Shown here: positions 40,365 through 49,736 of the stretch, one piece after another
Layout of the letters: each line of letters begins with the position of its first letter
How positions within the stretch are numbered: the stretch's first letter is position 1
Assembly (NCBI GenBank): GCA_019358935.1
Contig: JAHHIK010000062.1
Span: forward strand, 1-49,736
Direction of reading: 5' to 3'
Source of the DNA: Tolypothrix carrinoi HA7290-LM1
Lineage (GTDB): Bacteria; Cyanobacteriota; Cyanobacteriia; Cyanobacteriales; Nostocaceae
DNA: 49,736 bases
The notes under the pieces: generated by a model
What the model was told of the DNA's origin: nothing
Seen by the model: only the letters and a program-made list of their open reading frames with translations
The model's database searches: none
Translations under genes and position numbers: made by a program

Positions 40365-40619
40365 TCATGCGGCTTCCTTTTTACCCTGATAGGTTTGTGC
40401 CATAGCAGCCAAAGCAGATTTATTCAGTTGTCCTGTAGGCGGATTTTGTTGTACGACGATTGGGGTAGATGCCTCTTTACCGTTTTGGAAAATTAGCTTT
40501 TCAACCGCACTTCCCAAAGCTTGGGAGGTCACGTCCAGGGGTAATCCAAATAGCTTACAAATTTCTTCTGCCGCGAAGTAGCTGATCGTAATGCGGCGAG
40601 AGGAGAAAGAATTGCTCAT
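40365..40619 (-). CDS. Small protein following parM (possible ParR-like adaptor)
   Basis: TGATG overlap with parM; GGAGG Shine-Dalgarno site. Confidence 0.6.
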   Translation of the reverse strand: MSNSFSSRRITISYFAAEEICKLFGLPLDVTSQALGSAVEKLIFQNGKEASTPIVVQQNPPTGQLNKSALAAMAQTYQGKKEAA

Positions 40620-41734
40620 CAGTCCTCCAAAGTGATTTCAGTTAGTAGTTTCAAGCCAAGTGCGTTGATAAATTGGGGTTGGTCTAAAGTTACAAATCCC
40701 AAGGAATGAAGTTTTTCAGGTATTCCAGGAAGATTTACGCCACCACCCCAGCAGACAAAATACTGGGAATTGTCCAAGTAGCCGCCAGAACTGGCAAAGT
40801 TGGCGAATTTCTCAATTCGTGAAGACCACCACTGCTCTAAGCAGTCAAAGTATTCATGGTCAAATTTCTTACCTGTGAGTGCATTGCCGCCATAAGCAAA
40901 GGTTTTAGCAAGTATGCCTTGGTTAATTAGGCTGGGTGAGTGCTTTACGTCTCGACTCAGAAATGAGGCATAGTCATTTTTCTTGTCCAGCATTTCTGCA
41001 ATCAAGAAGTGCAGTTCGCCAACACCACCCTCAATTAGGTGTCGGTCAATCACTGCGCCACTGCCATTAAAAATTGTGGCAAGCCAGGTGCTAGACCCGA
41101 TATCAAGTGCAACTGCAATCTCTGATGGGTCAAGTTGGAGGTGGGAGCTGCCAAAAAGACAGTAGGCGATACTTCCAAAACCCTCTGGGTATACCCCAGC
41201 GACGTTGATTTCAACGGTTTTCTGCACAATTTCGCGGCTTACAGGGTGCTTGTGTTCAAAAGTATGTGTCCCAGAAACTCTGCGTTTGATTTCGGCTTCC
41301 CACTTTTCCGGATTATGGTTGGAGATACTCACCCAAAGTGTTGAACCATCTGGAATGTTGATGATGGCTAAATCTGCAAGGATGGCTTCTAGTGCCAACT
41401 CTGCCTTCTTGCCCTTGTCCTCATGCAAGAGGATGTGGTGTGGTTGCGCGATCGCTGCACTTCCCCAAAAAAATTGAACCGAGGCTAAGTCTTTGCGAGA
41501 GCCGGACACATACCGCACCCACGCACCATCCTTGCTGATGGTTTCGTGGTGGCGAACGTTACGATTCTTAACCCTGGAGTAGGCAGCAGGTACAATAGCC
41601 GCGAATTCATCATAAATTCCCTTGCCGTCACCGGCTCCTGGGTCTTTCCCACATCTAAACTCACGCGAATTTAAATTGGCAGCAGAATTTAACTGGCTGT
41701 GCCAGTTTTTGGTATTGGAGTATAAAAATGTCAT
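40619..41734 (-). CDS. parM: ParM/StbA-like actin-family ATPase
   Basis: Actin-fold motifs DPGAGDGK, VYPEG, ALDIGSST, WGGG, NA.GL. Confidence 0.8.
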   Translation of the reverse strand: MTFLYSNTKNWHSQLNSAANLNSREFRCGKDPGAGDGKGIYDEFAAIVPAAYSRVKNRNVRHHETISKDGAWVRYVSGSRKDLASVQFFWGSAAIAQPHHILLHEDKGKKAELALEAILADLAIINIPDGSTLWVSISNHNPEKWEAEIKRRVSGTHTFEHKHPVSREIVQKTVEINVAGVYPEGFGSIAYCLFGSSHLQLDPSEIAVALDIGSSTWLATIFNGSGAVIDRHLIEGGVGELHFLIAEMLDKKNDYASFLSRDVKHSPSLINQGILAKTFAYGGNALTGKKFDHEYFDCLEQWWSSRIEKFANFASSGGYLDNSQYFVCWGGGVNLPGIPEKLHSLGFVTLDQPQFINALGLKLLTEITLED

Positions 41735-41887
41735 GCTACATATTTCTTAAAAGTATTGATGTGGCTGTATTTAAGCTAATGAATGCTCAAATACAGTCGT
41801 GTTCTTTGATCCAATATTTGGCGCTGGCTAGCTGCCACGTTCCGGTGTCTATTTAATTGGCTGTATGCCAGTTTACGGTTTGATGAT

Positions 41888-41917
41888 ATATTAGCGACAG
41901 GTGACGACACCTGTCAA
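41888..41917 (-). promoter_or_regulatory. Putative parM-operon promoter with an overlapping operator
   Basis: Minus strand TTGACA-18 nt-TAATAT, overlapped by inverted repeat GACAGGTG-acga-CACCTGTC (41896-41915). Confidence 0.55.
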
Positions 41918-41978
41918 GCATATAAGACTATTTTCTAAAAAGAGGGGATAATGACGTTTGTTGTCTTCCTCTTTGTCT

Positions 41979-42158
41979 ATGCCCTCCGACAAGCCCAGAA
42001 TCACAATTAGAGTTACAGAAAAAGAACTATCTGAACTTCAAACTGCGGCTGATGAAGAGTATAGAAGCGTACCATCGCTTGTCCTGAAATTAGTCAAAGA
42101 GTTCTTGGACAAACGTCGCGGTAAGCAGAATAAAAAAAATGATTTGAACGAATCTTGA
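41979..42158 (+). CDS. Ribbon-helix-helix (CopG/Arc-like) regulator
   Basis: RITIRVTEKELSELQTAADEEYRSVPSLVLKLVKEFL; divergent from parM. Confidence 0.75.
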   Translation: MPSDKPRITIRVTEKELSELQTAADEEYRSVPSLVLKLVKEFLDKRRGKQNKKNDLNES

Positions 42159-42674
42159 CCTTTTATCACTCCCGTCACGACCACTAGCGGAACAGTAAGT
42201 ATGTCTTAATTTAACCTACAAAAAACAATTTAATTTATCACCCCTAATCTCAATAATTGTCCAATCAACGTTCTTATTTAGCGATGCCTTGGGGAAGTGA
42301 TATTTTTGTTATGTCTATCATTTTTATTAGTAGTAAATTTAATCGGAATCAACTATTAAATTAAGGAGCGAAATTTTTCACACTTGGGGGTCATCTATTC
42401 ACCCAAACAAAGCCAAGTTAGTTATCTAAAAAAAAAGCTCATCGCTCTCAATGTATTGATAAATAAGGCTTTCAACGTTTATCTTTATTTATCTTTCTCA
42501 TGAAAGCCCAAAAAAGGTTTTCATTGACGGCACAATCATCTACAATCGATCTGAAACAATTGTTTGAAAGTAAAAGCTGTAACACTTCTTAAAATAAAGT
42601 GATTTTTGCACGGTAAGTGCAATACAAAATACAGTGGTACAATTTAGCCATCAGTTATTGACGAAACAAGAATG

Positions 42675-42708
42675 CAATATAAACTTAATAACCATTAAGT
42701 TTATATTG
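42675..42708. repeat. 15-bp perfect inverted repeat
   Basis: CAATATAAACTTAAT-aacc-ATTAAGTTTATATTG. Confidence 0.7.
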
Positions 42709-42782
42709 TGGCAGAAGGTTTCACACTATTACACAAGTTAACGGAGGTGAGGACGCTTTCATACTAAAAAGATTACATAATG

Positions 42783-43028
42783 CAAAAACACCGCTCACTA
42801 AGAGCAGTGTTTAAGCCCCAAACGGGGAAAAGCATTTTCAAGAAATCAGGAGCGGGTTACTCTCGAAAACCTAAGCAGTGCGGACGTTGGGGAACTGAAA
42901 CACCGTTTAAGTTGGAGAAGAGATATAACAGCTATAACTAACTAGCAAAGCAATTAGCGGTTTAACACCGTCAATAAGCCCATTCTGTTAGTTGCTCGCG
43001 CCGTTATTGGGCGTGTTCGAGCGTCCTA
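42783..43028 (-). ncRNA. Candidate antisense RNA upstream of the replication gene
   Basis: Minus-strand extended -10 TGcTAAGAT (43043-43035) and terminator-like AAACACTGCTC-ttagt-GAGCGGTGTTTTT (42812-42784); no ORF of 60 aa or more between them. Confidence 0.35.
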
Positions 43029-43215
43029 TGGATTATCTTAGCATTGTCGAGCGATCGCTTACATTCTTTTTGAAAGACTTTTACCAAAATTTTATTTTTA
43101 ACCAATCAAAATACCAAAACCTCCCCAAGAATGGTTAAAAATTCTCAAAAAGCAAAGAAGAAGCTAGATATCCACTGCTAACGGTGTACAACCCGCTCCA
43201 AAGTCCACAAAACCT

Positions 43216-46200
43216 TTGGAGAGTATCATGTACACATCATCATCTAACTCGGATCATCAGTCAGAAACCTTTGACATTCGCAACTTCCTAGACCGGCTTA
43301 CCCCAGCCAAAGAGAAAAACAAGTACATTTGCCCCGTATGCGACGGACACAACTTAGGGATTAACCCAGAAAATGGGAAATATCAATGCTTCAACGGTTG
43401 TCAGTGCCCCGATATCCGAGAAGCCATATCACCTTGGGCTGAAGTTGTTGGTAAGAGAAAAGGGGATAACTCACAATGGACGAACACTCTTTACCCCAAC
43501 AAGCGCTTTACCAAACAATCGCCCAAACCAGCCCCAATCCCGCAATCTGGTGAACTAATTGTAGTGAGATTGGCAGATGAAGCAACTGATGTACCCTCTC
43601 CCCAAAAACCACAGTTTGTCCCAGACCGAGTAATCGACAAACTTAAATCGGATGGTGCAACGGCAGCAGAATTAAAGGAAATTACCGTCACCACCTATGA
43701 TTATGGCAATGGGCAAACAGTTCACCGCTTTGAAAGCCCGTGTGCGGCTCACTATAAGGGACGCGCTAAATCCTTCAGCCAAAGCCACGTTGATAAGAGC
43801 GGTAAAACCAGGTGGAATAAGGGGAATAAACCCTGGAAGGCATATCGGCTAACAGAAGCTCTAGCTGCGGCTTCTTCAATTAATGGAGTATCTATTTTAC
43901 TTCAACACGAGGGTGAGGGTTGTGTTGAAATCGGTAGAGTTAGTGCGATCGCCGGCTTCACATTTCAAGGTAGCGGTTGGGATAAAAAGACTATATCAAA
44001 TGAATATCAACGCGCTTTGTCCGCTGGGATAGGGCTAATAGTCTTCCTGCACGACTCCGACGACGCTGGATTAAAGAAAGCCCAACTATGCCAAAAATGC
44101 GCCGACAAAGTAGGAATTGCATTTATCGCCATTAACCCCCATGATATTTGCCCTGACTTACCATATAAGTCAAGTGATATCAAAGAAATTTTAGGGCAAA
44201 TGTCAGTACCCGACTTTATTCGCAGGCTGTCAGAAGAAATTCATGCTGCTGTTGCCAAGCGATCGCTCGAACTACAACTTGAAAAAGAACGAGAAGAACA
44301 ACTAGAAGATGCCCGTCACTTCCAAATATCTCATTATGACCCAGAAAACCCAGAATCCTTTTACAAACCTATCTGTGAGAGACTGGGGTTATCGCTCACT
44401 AATTGCGTAACCTCCACCACTTTTGACGGTTGGGCTTATCGCAATGTGTTTGATAATGCTCAAAACTTTCGAGTTATCGATTCAGCGTTTTATCGTTGGT
44501 CTGAAAAAGTTGAAATTTGGCAGCACCAACCAGATAACCGTATTTATACCTTAGTTGCCGACGCTGGGGAAAGAGCATTTAAACTCAAACACTCAGACAA
44601 ATTTGGCTGGCAGGTGATTAAGCCTTATGAAACAAATAGTCACAAAGAATCAGCCTTTAAATTCTGCCGCAGCAAGTTAGAACGTCCAGAACCACTGCCA
44701 ACAAATACACATTTACTGGCATTTGGCAACTGCGTTGTTGACTTGCGAACCGGGCAGCAGTTGCCGAAAAGTAAAGATTTTTACCTAACTCACCTCATCC
44801 CGCACGACTACGAACCCAACAAACCATGCCCCGAAGTTTTCCAGAGGTTTATAGTTGACTCTTTTGGTGAAGACATGCTGTCGGTAATTCGCGCATTCAC
44901 CAGTATGTTTCTTGACCCAACTGCTCCTTATGGCAGATTCCCCCATCTAATTGGGCAAAGTGGCGGCGGGAAGGGGACATTGGGACGGTTCTGGGGTAGT
45001 TTATTTGGGAAAGAAGGTTCTGGCAATGCCACTAATTTTGTAGATATTTCCACCCCTGAAGGTCGCCATCAATACCTAACAGGCAAGCGAATATTTGGCT
45101 TTCCTGATATGGGTGGCTATGCCGAAGGAGTGCGGGCTTTTTACGAACTAGTTGACAATGGTCCCAAGACTGGTAGGGCATTATTCAACCCAGTAGCATA
45201 CGACAAACAGTGGTACATGCGGTTTTGGCTAGCCTCTGTAGACCACTTGCAAATTGAAAATGCTGGGGACGGCTGGGTGCGTCGTGCTTACCCAATTCCG
45301 GTAAAAAGCAGGGATATTATACCAGACCCCGACTTGCGAGTCAAGTTAGAAGCAGCAAAGGCTGATGTTATCAGTTGGGCGTTAGCAATGCCTCGTGACG
45401 AACGGGATCGGATACTGCTATCACGACCCGAATCTGAACGAGCAATAAATTTGGCGCTAGATGCTGCTTTGTACGGAGATTCTACCAAGAGTTTTGTAGA
45501 TTTGTGCTTGCGTCCGTCACCAGAGGCGAATTTTGTTCCCAATCACCTACTGCACAGTTGGTATGTAGCTTACTGCAAGGAACATGGCTACAACCCATTG
45601 GGGATGAGCAAATTTATTTCTCATTTGAAGACCATTTTACCGAGAAACTCTGTTGACCGCAGCTGGTCGCCAATGATTAACGGAAAACGCGATCGCATTC
45701 AGGCACATTGGTCCAATCTCGCATCGCTGCCTGGGGTATTTGTTTCATGGGAACCGTCTGATAGAAACAGTGGGGAAAAACTTTCTCCACCACAAAACCC
45801 AATTTGGATTTGCATTAAATCCAAGTGTAATGAAGGTGGATTGATGGATTTTGAAGATTTCTGGAGTCCGCCCAACCCCCCAGACGATTCGGGTAATGGC
45901 GGTAACGGCGGTAACGGCGGTAACGGTAATGGCGGTAATGGTTCGGGCAATGGGTGTAACAGTAATGGCGGTAACAGTAATGGCGGTAATGGTTTGGGAT
46001 CGGGAGGTAACACCCCTACATCCCCCACTCCCAGCAATCCACCGATCTTCCGGGGTGAAATTGTGGAAAATAACCCACCAAAAACCCCATCAGCCAGTCA
46101 CAGCATGGGTGTCCAGGCTGTCCAGGGGGAAATTTTTCATTCTACCCACCTTGGACAGGCTGAAACAACGCAATATCAAGGGTGTCCACCCTGTCCAATT

Positions 46201-46824
46201 GTCCAGGGTATAGGTTTTGATTTAGAAAAAAATAATGAAGTGACCCAGCGAAATTATCAAATTGTTGAAACGAATTTTTCCTTTAGTCCTATAACAGTGG
46301 GTGGACAAAATATGGACACTTTGGACAGTCGCTCTGGTACTGGGTTTCAGAAAACTGCCTTAAAGAGCGTAAATCAAGGACAAATTGCTAATACACTCCC
46401 ATTTGATTCAGTAGCAAACGCGCAGGTAGTATTAGATACCCTAAGTCAAGAAAATGCGGGTGAGTTGCTGTTTGATTTAACTAATATGTGGAGCGAGTCA
46501 GAATTAGCAGCAGTGCGATCGCACTTTACACACGAACAAGTGGAAGCAGTGAGACAGACATTGAAGCAGTATCGCGCTGCTACCCACAAAACCGCTGCTA
46601 CCCACTCTACTGCCAACGTAGCCATACCGCAGTTAAAAGTTGGGGATGTGGTAGCTAGTAACGATCGTGAGAGTAAGGCTTACAATTGGCGTGGTAGAAT
46701 TACTCGGTTCCACCCAGGAAATCCAGAACTTTGTTATGTGAACTATCCCGAACGAAGAACCGAATTAAAACTAAAACTTACAGAAATTTCTTCTCTGCTC
46801 TCCGAATTGCGTTTATTAGAATGA
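43216..46824 (+). CDS. Primase-helicase replication protein (Zn finger + TOPRIM-like + D5/SF3 helicase)
   Basis: CPVC...C.NGC Zn finger; HEGEG and HDSDDAG TOPRIM-like motifs; D5_N-like LAFGN.VVDLRTG; Walker A GQSGGGKGT; low-complexity C-terminal region. Confidence 0.82.
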   Translation: MESIMYTSSSNSDHQSETFDIRNFLDRLTPAKEKNKYICPVCDGHNLGINPENGKYQCFNGCQCPDIREAISPWAEVVGKRKGDNSQWTNTLYPNKRFTKQSPKPAPIPQSGELIVVRLADEATDVPSPQKPQFVPDRVIDKLKSDGATAAELKEITVTTYDYGNGQTVHRFESPCAAHYKGRAKSFSQSHVDKSGKTRWNKGNKPWKAYRLTEALAAASSINGVSILLQHEGEGCVEIGRVSAIAGFTFQGSGWDKKTISNEYQRALSAGIGLIVFLHDSDDAGLKKAQLCQKCADKVGIAFIAINPHDICPDLPYKSSDIKEILGQMSVPDFIRRLSEEIHAAVAKRSLELQLEKEREEQLEDARHFQISHYDPENPESFYKPICERLGLSLTNCVTSTTFDGWAYRNVFDNAQNFRVIDSAFYRWSEKVEIWQHQPDNRIYTLVADAGERAFKLKHSDKFGWQVIKPYETNSHKESAFKFCRSKLERPEPLPTNTHLLAFGNCVVDLRTGQQLPKSKDFYLTHLIPHDYEPNKPCPEVFQRFIVDSFGEDMLSVIRAFTSMFLDPTAPYGRFPHLIGQSGGGKGTLGRFWGSLFGKEGSGNATNFVDISTPEGRHQYLTGKRIFGFPDMGGYAEGVRAFYELVDNGPKTGRALFNPVAYDKQWYMRFWLASVDHLQIENAGDGWVRRAYPIPVKSRDIIPDPDLRVKLEAAKADVISWALAMPRDERDRILLSRPESERAINLALDAALYGDSTKSFVDLCLRPSPEANFVPNHLLHSWYVAYCKEHGYNPLGMSKFISHLKTILPRNSVDRSWSPMINGKRDRIQAHWSNLASLPGVFVSWEPSDRNSGEKLSPPQNPIWICIKSKCNEGGLMDFEDFWSPPNPPDDSGNGGNGGNGGNGNGGNGSGNGCNSNGGNSNGGNGLGSGGNTPTSPTPSNPPIFRGEIVENNPPKTPSASHSMGVQAVQGEIFHSTHLGQAETTQYQGCPPCPIVQGIGFDLEKNNEVTQRNYQIVETNFSFSPITVGGQNMDTLDSRSGTGFQKTALKSVNQGQIANTLPFDSVANAQVVLDTLSQENAGELLFDLTNMWSESELAAVRSHFTHEQVEAVRQTLKQYRAATHKTAATHSTANVAIPQLKVGDVVASNDRESKAYNWRGRITRFHPGNPELCYVNYPERRTELKLKLTEISSLLSELRLLE
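45892..45995 (+). repeat. Gly/Asn-coding tandem repeat in the primase-helicase gene
   Basis: GGCGGTAA(C/T) units encoding GNGGNGGNGGNGNGG. Confidence 0.8.
46110..46327. repeat. Array of TGTCCA/TGGACA hexamers (candidate iterons)
   Basis: TGTCCA at 46110, 46119, 46183, 46192, 46200; TGGACA at 46152, 46302, 46313, 46322; AT-rich spacer about 46210-46295. Confidence 0.65.
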
Positions 46825-46923
46825 ACGACGTGACGCTTCTAGAGTGCGTTTTCTATGCAACTAGAACTCATAAAGAGAAGAAAACGTCAATATAAAGGAG
46901 AACCTCCCTTTTCTTGCTGCTTA

Positions 46924-47298
46924 ATGACACCCATCACCAATGAGCTGATTGCCGAAATCATCTGTCGTCTAGTCGCTTCTCTCCATCCAGAAGAAATTAT
47001 CCTTTTTGGTTCCTATGCTTGGGGGATACCCCATCAGTATAGCGACCTGGATTTATGTGTCATTTTACCGAATGACATTCCAGAATTTGACCGCATCGAA
47101 TGGGGAGTAAGAGCATTAAACGTTTTGGACGATTTGATGGTTGATGTAGATGTTTTAATCAAAACCCGCTTGGATGTCGAAACATTTAAAACAGTTCCGG
47201 CTTCCCTGACACGAAAAATAGTAGAATCCGGTAAATTACTTTATGGACAAGGCAAAGCGCACTTTGATACAGTTTTGGTTGAAAAAAGCCCAGCGTGA
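46924..47298 (+). CDS. Minimal nucleotidyltransferase (MNT) antitoxin
   Basis: IILFGSYAWG.P..YSDLDL motif; VDV; likely start MTPIT. Confidence 0.85.
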   Translation: MTPITNELIAEIICRLVASLHPEEIILFGSYAWGIPHQYSDLDLCVILPNDIPEFDRIEWGVRALNVLDDLMVDVDVLIKTRLDVETFKTVPASLTRKIVESGKLLYGQGKAHFDTVLVEKSPA

Positions 47299-47660
47299 CG
47301 ATTGCTGCTGCACAAAAATTAGCCCCAGAACTGCCAGATATCGCTATATATCATTGCCAGCAAGCAGCAGAAAAAGCTCTTAAGGGGTTTCTGGTTCTCC
47401 ACGATCAAGACTCTGGAGACACACATAATATCAACACTTTGGTAAAATTGGCTTCTGCATTTAAGCCAGAATTGGCGACTGTATTAAAAGAAGCAGGATA
47501 CCTGAGTCAGTACAACCAGACGTATCGATATCCGATGGAAGCAACAGAAGATTTTAATCCCACCCCTGGAGAATTAAAGAAAGCATATAGGTTGGCAAGT
47601 GACGTTTACAAAAATGTTATTGACTTCATGCCAGAGGAAGTTACCGGAAAATCTCAATAA
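47243..47660 (+). pseudogene. HEPN-domain protein with a +1 frameshift
   Basis: ATG 47243 gives MDKAKRTLIQFWLKKAQRD, then the frame shifts near 47299 into IAAAQKL...YHCQQAAEKALKG...THNI...RYP. Confidence 0.75.
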
Positions 47661-47846
47661 TGACCAAAGCAAATGTTTGTTGAGATTGATTATATCGAAG
47701 CAGCGCATTTTAAGTATCTATCTCCAAGCTCCTCTCAACCCCTACTTTCTCACAAAGATCGATATTTCTCGCTCCAACCCCACAGACCGCAACGAATACT
47801 GTTTATCCTTCCACGTTGCGATTGCCCCCAAGAGCTACATATCAGT

Positions 47847-48308
47847 CTAAAGCCCCAAATCATGAAAATTGGCGCTTGACAACGAAAAAACCGCTTTTGC
47901 ATCCAATGAGTCCTCCTCTTCATCGACAGCTTCATCAGACTTCATCAGGCTTGGTGACTCACTCATATCAACATTCCTATTGCCGACTCCATTGCCATGC
48001 ACATTTCCCCCACCAGCAAAAAAAGAAGCAAAATCTAACCCAGCCCAACTGCACAAATTTTTACAGTGAAGCAGCAGTAATTCTACAGCCATGCGAGTAC
48101 GTTGTTTCAGTTCGCCATCGCTAACACTACCCTTATCAGCATATGGCTGCAAGCACATACTGAGCATAGACAGAGCAATTTGAACTGGTGGCAAAGATAT
48201 ACCCCCAAGCCTTCCCTTTTTAATAAACTCTATTAATCTTCCCGAAGGACTATCTAAATCTACCTTTTGAATTCTAAATTCAACCATTTTCTGCCCCATA
48301 ACGCCCAA
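47847..48308 (-). CDS. Hypothetical protein downstream of the second parM-like gene (acidic C-terminus)
   Basis: ORF directly follows 48312; position typical of an adaptor gene. Confidence 0.55.
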   Translation of the reverse strand: MGVMGQKMVEFRIQKVDLDSPSGRLIEFIKKGRLGGISLPPVQIALSMLSMCLQPYADKGSVSDGELKQRTRMAVELLLLHCKNLCSWAGLDFASFFAGGGNVHGNGVGNRNVDMSESPSLMKSDEAVDEEEDSLDAKAVFSLSSANFHDLGL

Positions 48309-48311
48309 CCA

Positions 48312-49681
48312 TCAACTTTTTTCTAAAAGTTCTTTATTCTTAATCAACTGCAACAAAGCCGCGTGCACACCAAAACACTCCACAAGCCGGTCTATCAAAG
48401 GGTCATTAGCCTTAAGATTAAAACTATGACGAATAGCCTTAACAACCCCACCACTACCCCCTCGCACCACCAAAGCGTGAGCAAAAAATTCCTTCAACTG
48501 CTTCTCTAATTTCTTAGATGCACCACCAGTAACCAACACCTCATCCACAATCACCAAATCCTCCGCTAGAAAATCCTTCAACCATCGCTCCACTAAAACC
48601 CAATAATCCAAAGTACTTTGCTCAATAGCTTGAAAAATCCGTTCAGCCTGATTAGATAGATTTTTAGAATTAGACAAACGGACCAACAAAAACGCACGAA
48701 TACATTCCGGCTTATCGCGTCCAAAATAAACAGCTTCAGCTAACCGTGCTTCCGGAATATTGGTTTTATCCGCCTTCGGCGGAAGGCAGAAGGCAGAGGG
48801 CAGAGGGCAGAAGGTATAAATTATGTCTTTGATTCAGCCTTCTGGCTGGAGCCAACTGGGTATAAAACCCCACCGTCTACACGGTGGATTCAATCGGTTG
48901 GGGTTTGAATCCCCATCCGACTGCTCCTTCAGCATAGCTGCCTCCTGCCCTCTGCCTTTCTTCAACCAAACCAGTATTATCAGCAACACTTTCAACAATT
49001 TGGAAAAACCCCATTGATGGACAATCCTTACGCTGAATTTGCCCCCGACGATACAAAATGCCAGTAATATTGTAGTGACCGAAAATTAAACAAAGAATAT
49101 TACGCGATTTAAACGGCTGTGCATTTGAGTCAGCCTGCCTAATCATTAACTGTCCCGCACCTTCTGGCTTAACATCCAAACAACTAAATTGAATTTCATA
49201 ATTTTTTGACCGAAAATTAAGTGTAAATGCATTCTCTTCACCCAAGAGACTGGACATCAGCTCTTCTTTGTGCGAATAATACTCCGAAAGTGGCAGAAGC
49301 ACTTCAAGTGCCACTCGAACCCTTCTATACAAATATTGCTCCCCGCGATAGCAATTCCTTCCGAGTCCCTCTTTCTCAGCTATGGCACAGATAATCGCAC
49401 CACACCTGGATGCAGCCATCTCAAATTTTTGTTCTTTTTTTTTGCTAGTTGATTTCAGTCGATAATTAGGCTTTTGAGCCAAAAGTCCGAAAGCCAGTCC
49501 CGTCCCATCATTCAACTTTATCCAAGCATCATCTTCAGGATTACAGTTGACAATTGTCAAATCTGACAAGAGCTTTTTAGATAGACTTGCCACTTCCGGC
49601 TCCATTAATATTAGGGACTTCCAAATAATAAATTAATCAACAAAAACTAAGAAGCCACGTTGATCAAAGAATGATAATCAT
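48312..49681 (-). pseudogene. parM: Second ParM/StbA-like gene, interrupted by a miniature element and degenerate at the 5' end
   Basis: LLPLSEY, VKPEG, IFGHYN and VLVTGGAS motifs; removing 48770-48965 joins NTGL to DKTNIPEARL in frame with 48312-48689; the 5' frame from ATG near 49681 has stops. Confidence 0.75.
48770..48965 (-). mobile_element. 196-bp miniature element
   Basis: Minus strand begins TTGAAGAAAGGCAGAGGGCAG, ends CTGCCTTCTGCCTT plus hairpin CCGCCGAAGGCGG; same end structure as 4178-4498. Confidence 0.75.
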
Positions 49682-49736
49682 TTGAGGAGAGGAGAAAGGG
49701 GTTGCCGACGGCAACCACCTCTTACCCCCTCAAGTA

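Noticed and set aside
40135..40368. Gene in the operon gap, starting at an ATG overlapping the 40365 stop
   Set aside because: Probably a decayed gene, but the frames contain stops and I cannot reconstruct it reliably.
43216..46824. Prophage or phage-satellite assignment from the D5-type primase-helicase
   Set aside because: No capsid, terminase or tail genes; partition and resolvase context favours a plasmid.

Overview
Cyanobacterial DNA, probably from a large Nostocales-type plasmid (inferred from the many HIP1 GCGATCGC sites, nested short dispersed repeats, and partition/replication genes). Four blocks: (1) 1-18.1 kb, a two-partner-secretion/CHAT module: two FHA-like TpsA genes (one cut by an IS) plus a small relic of a third, TpsB, TPR-CHAT, DUF928, CHAT-CHASE2, DUF1822, a sigma-like factor, a TA pair and PAS-AraC. 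(2) 18.5-32.9 kb, a lasso-peptide cluster that has undergone a tandem duplication: ABC exporter, two diverged cyclases, one intact RRE plus leader peptidase, and two short precursor genes missing from the ORF track (minus strand 23605-23730, core AADVLNRREIIFNRGRVFF; 26789-26911, core GIFGRYRDLFGARTFIRP), next to a MacAB-like efflux operon and a NarX/NarL-type two-component system. This is the main candidate for an undescribed system. (3) 33-42 kb, plasmid maintenance: frameshifted parA, a tyrosine recombinase, and a parM-led operon ending in a membrane-anchored FtsK/HerA-like ATPase. (4) 42-49.7 kb, a primase-helicase replication gene with an internal iteron-like array, a possible antisense RNA upstream, an MNT-HEPN pair with a frameshifted toxin, and a second parM-like gene broken by a miniature element. 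All calls come from reading motifs by eye; no database searches were run.
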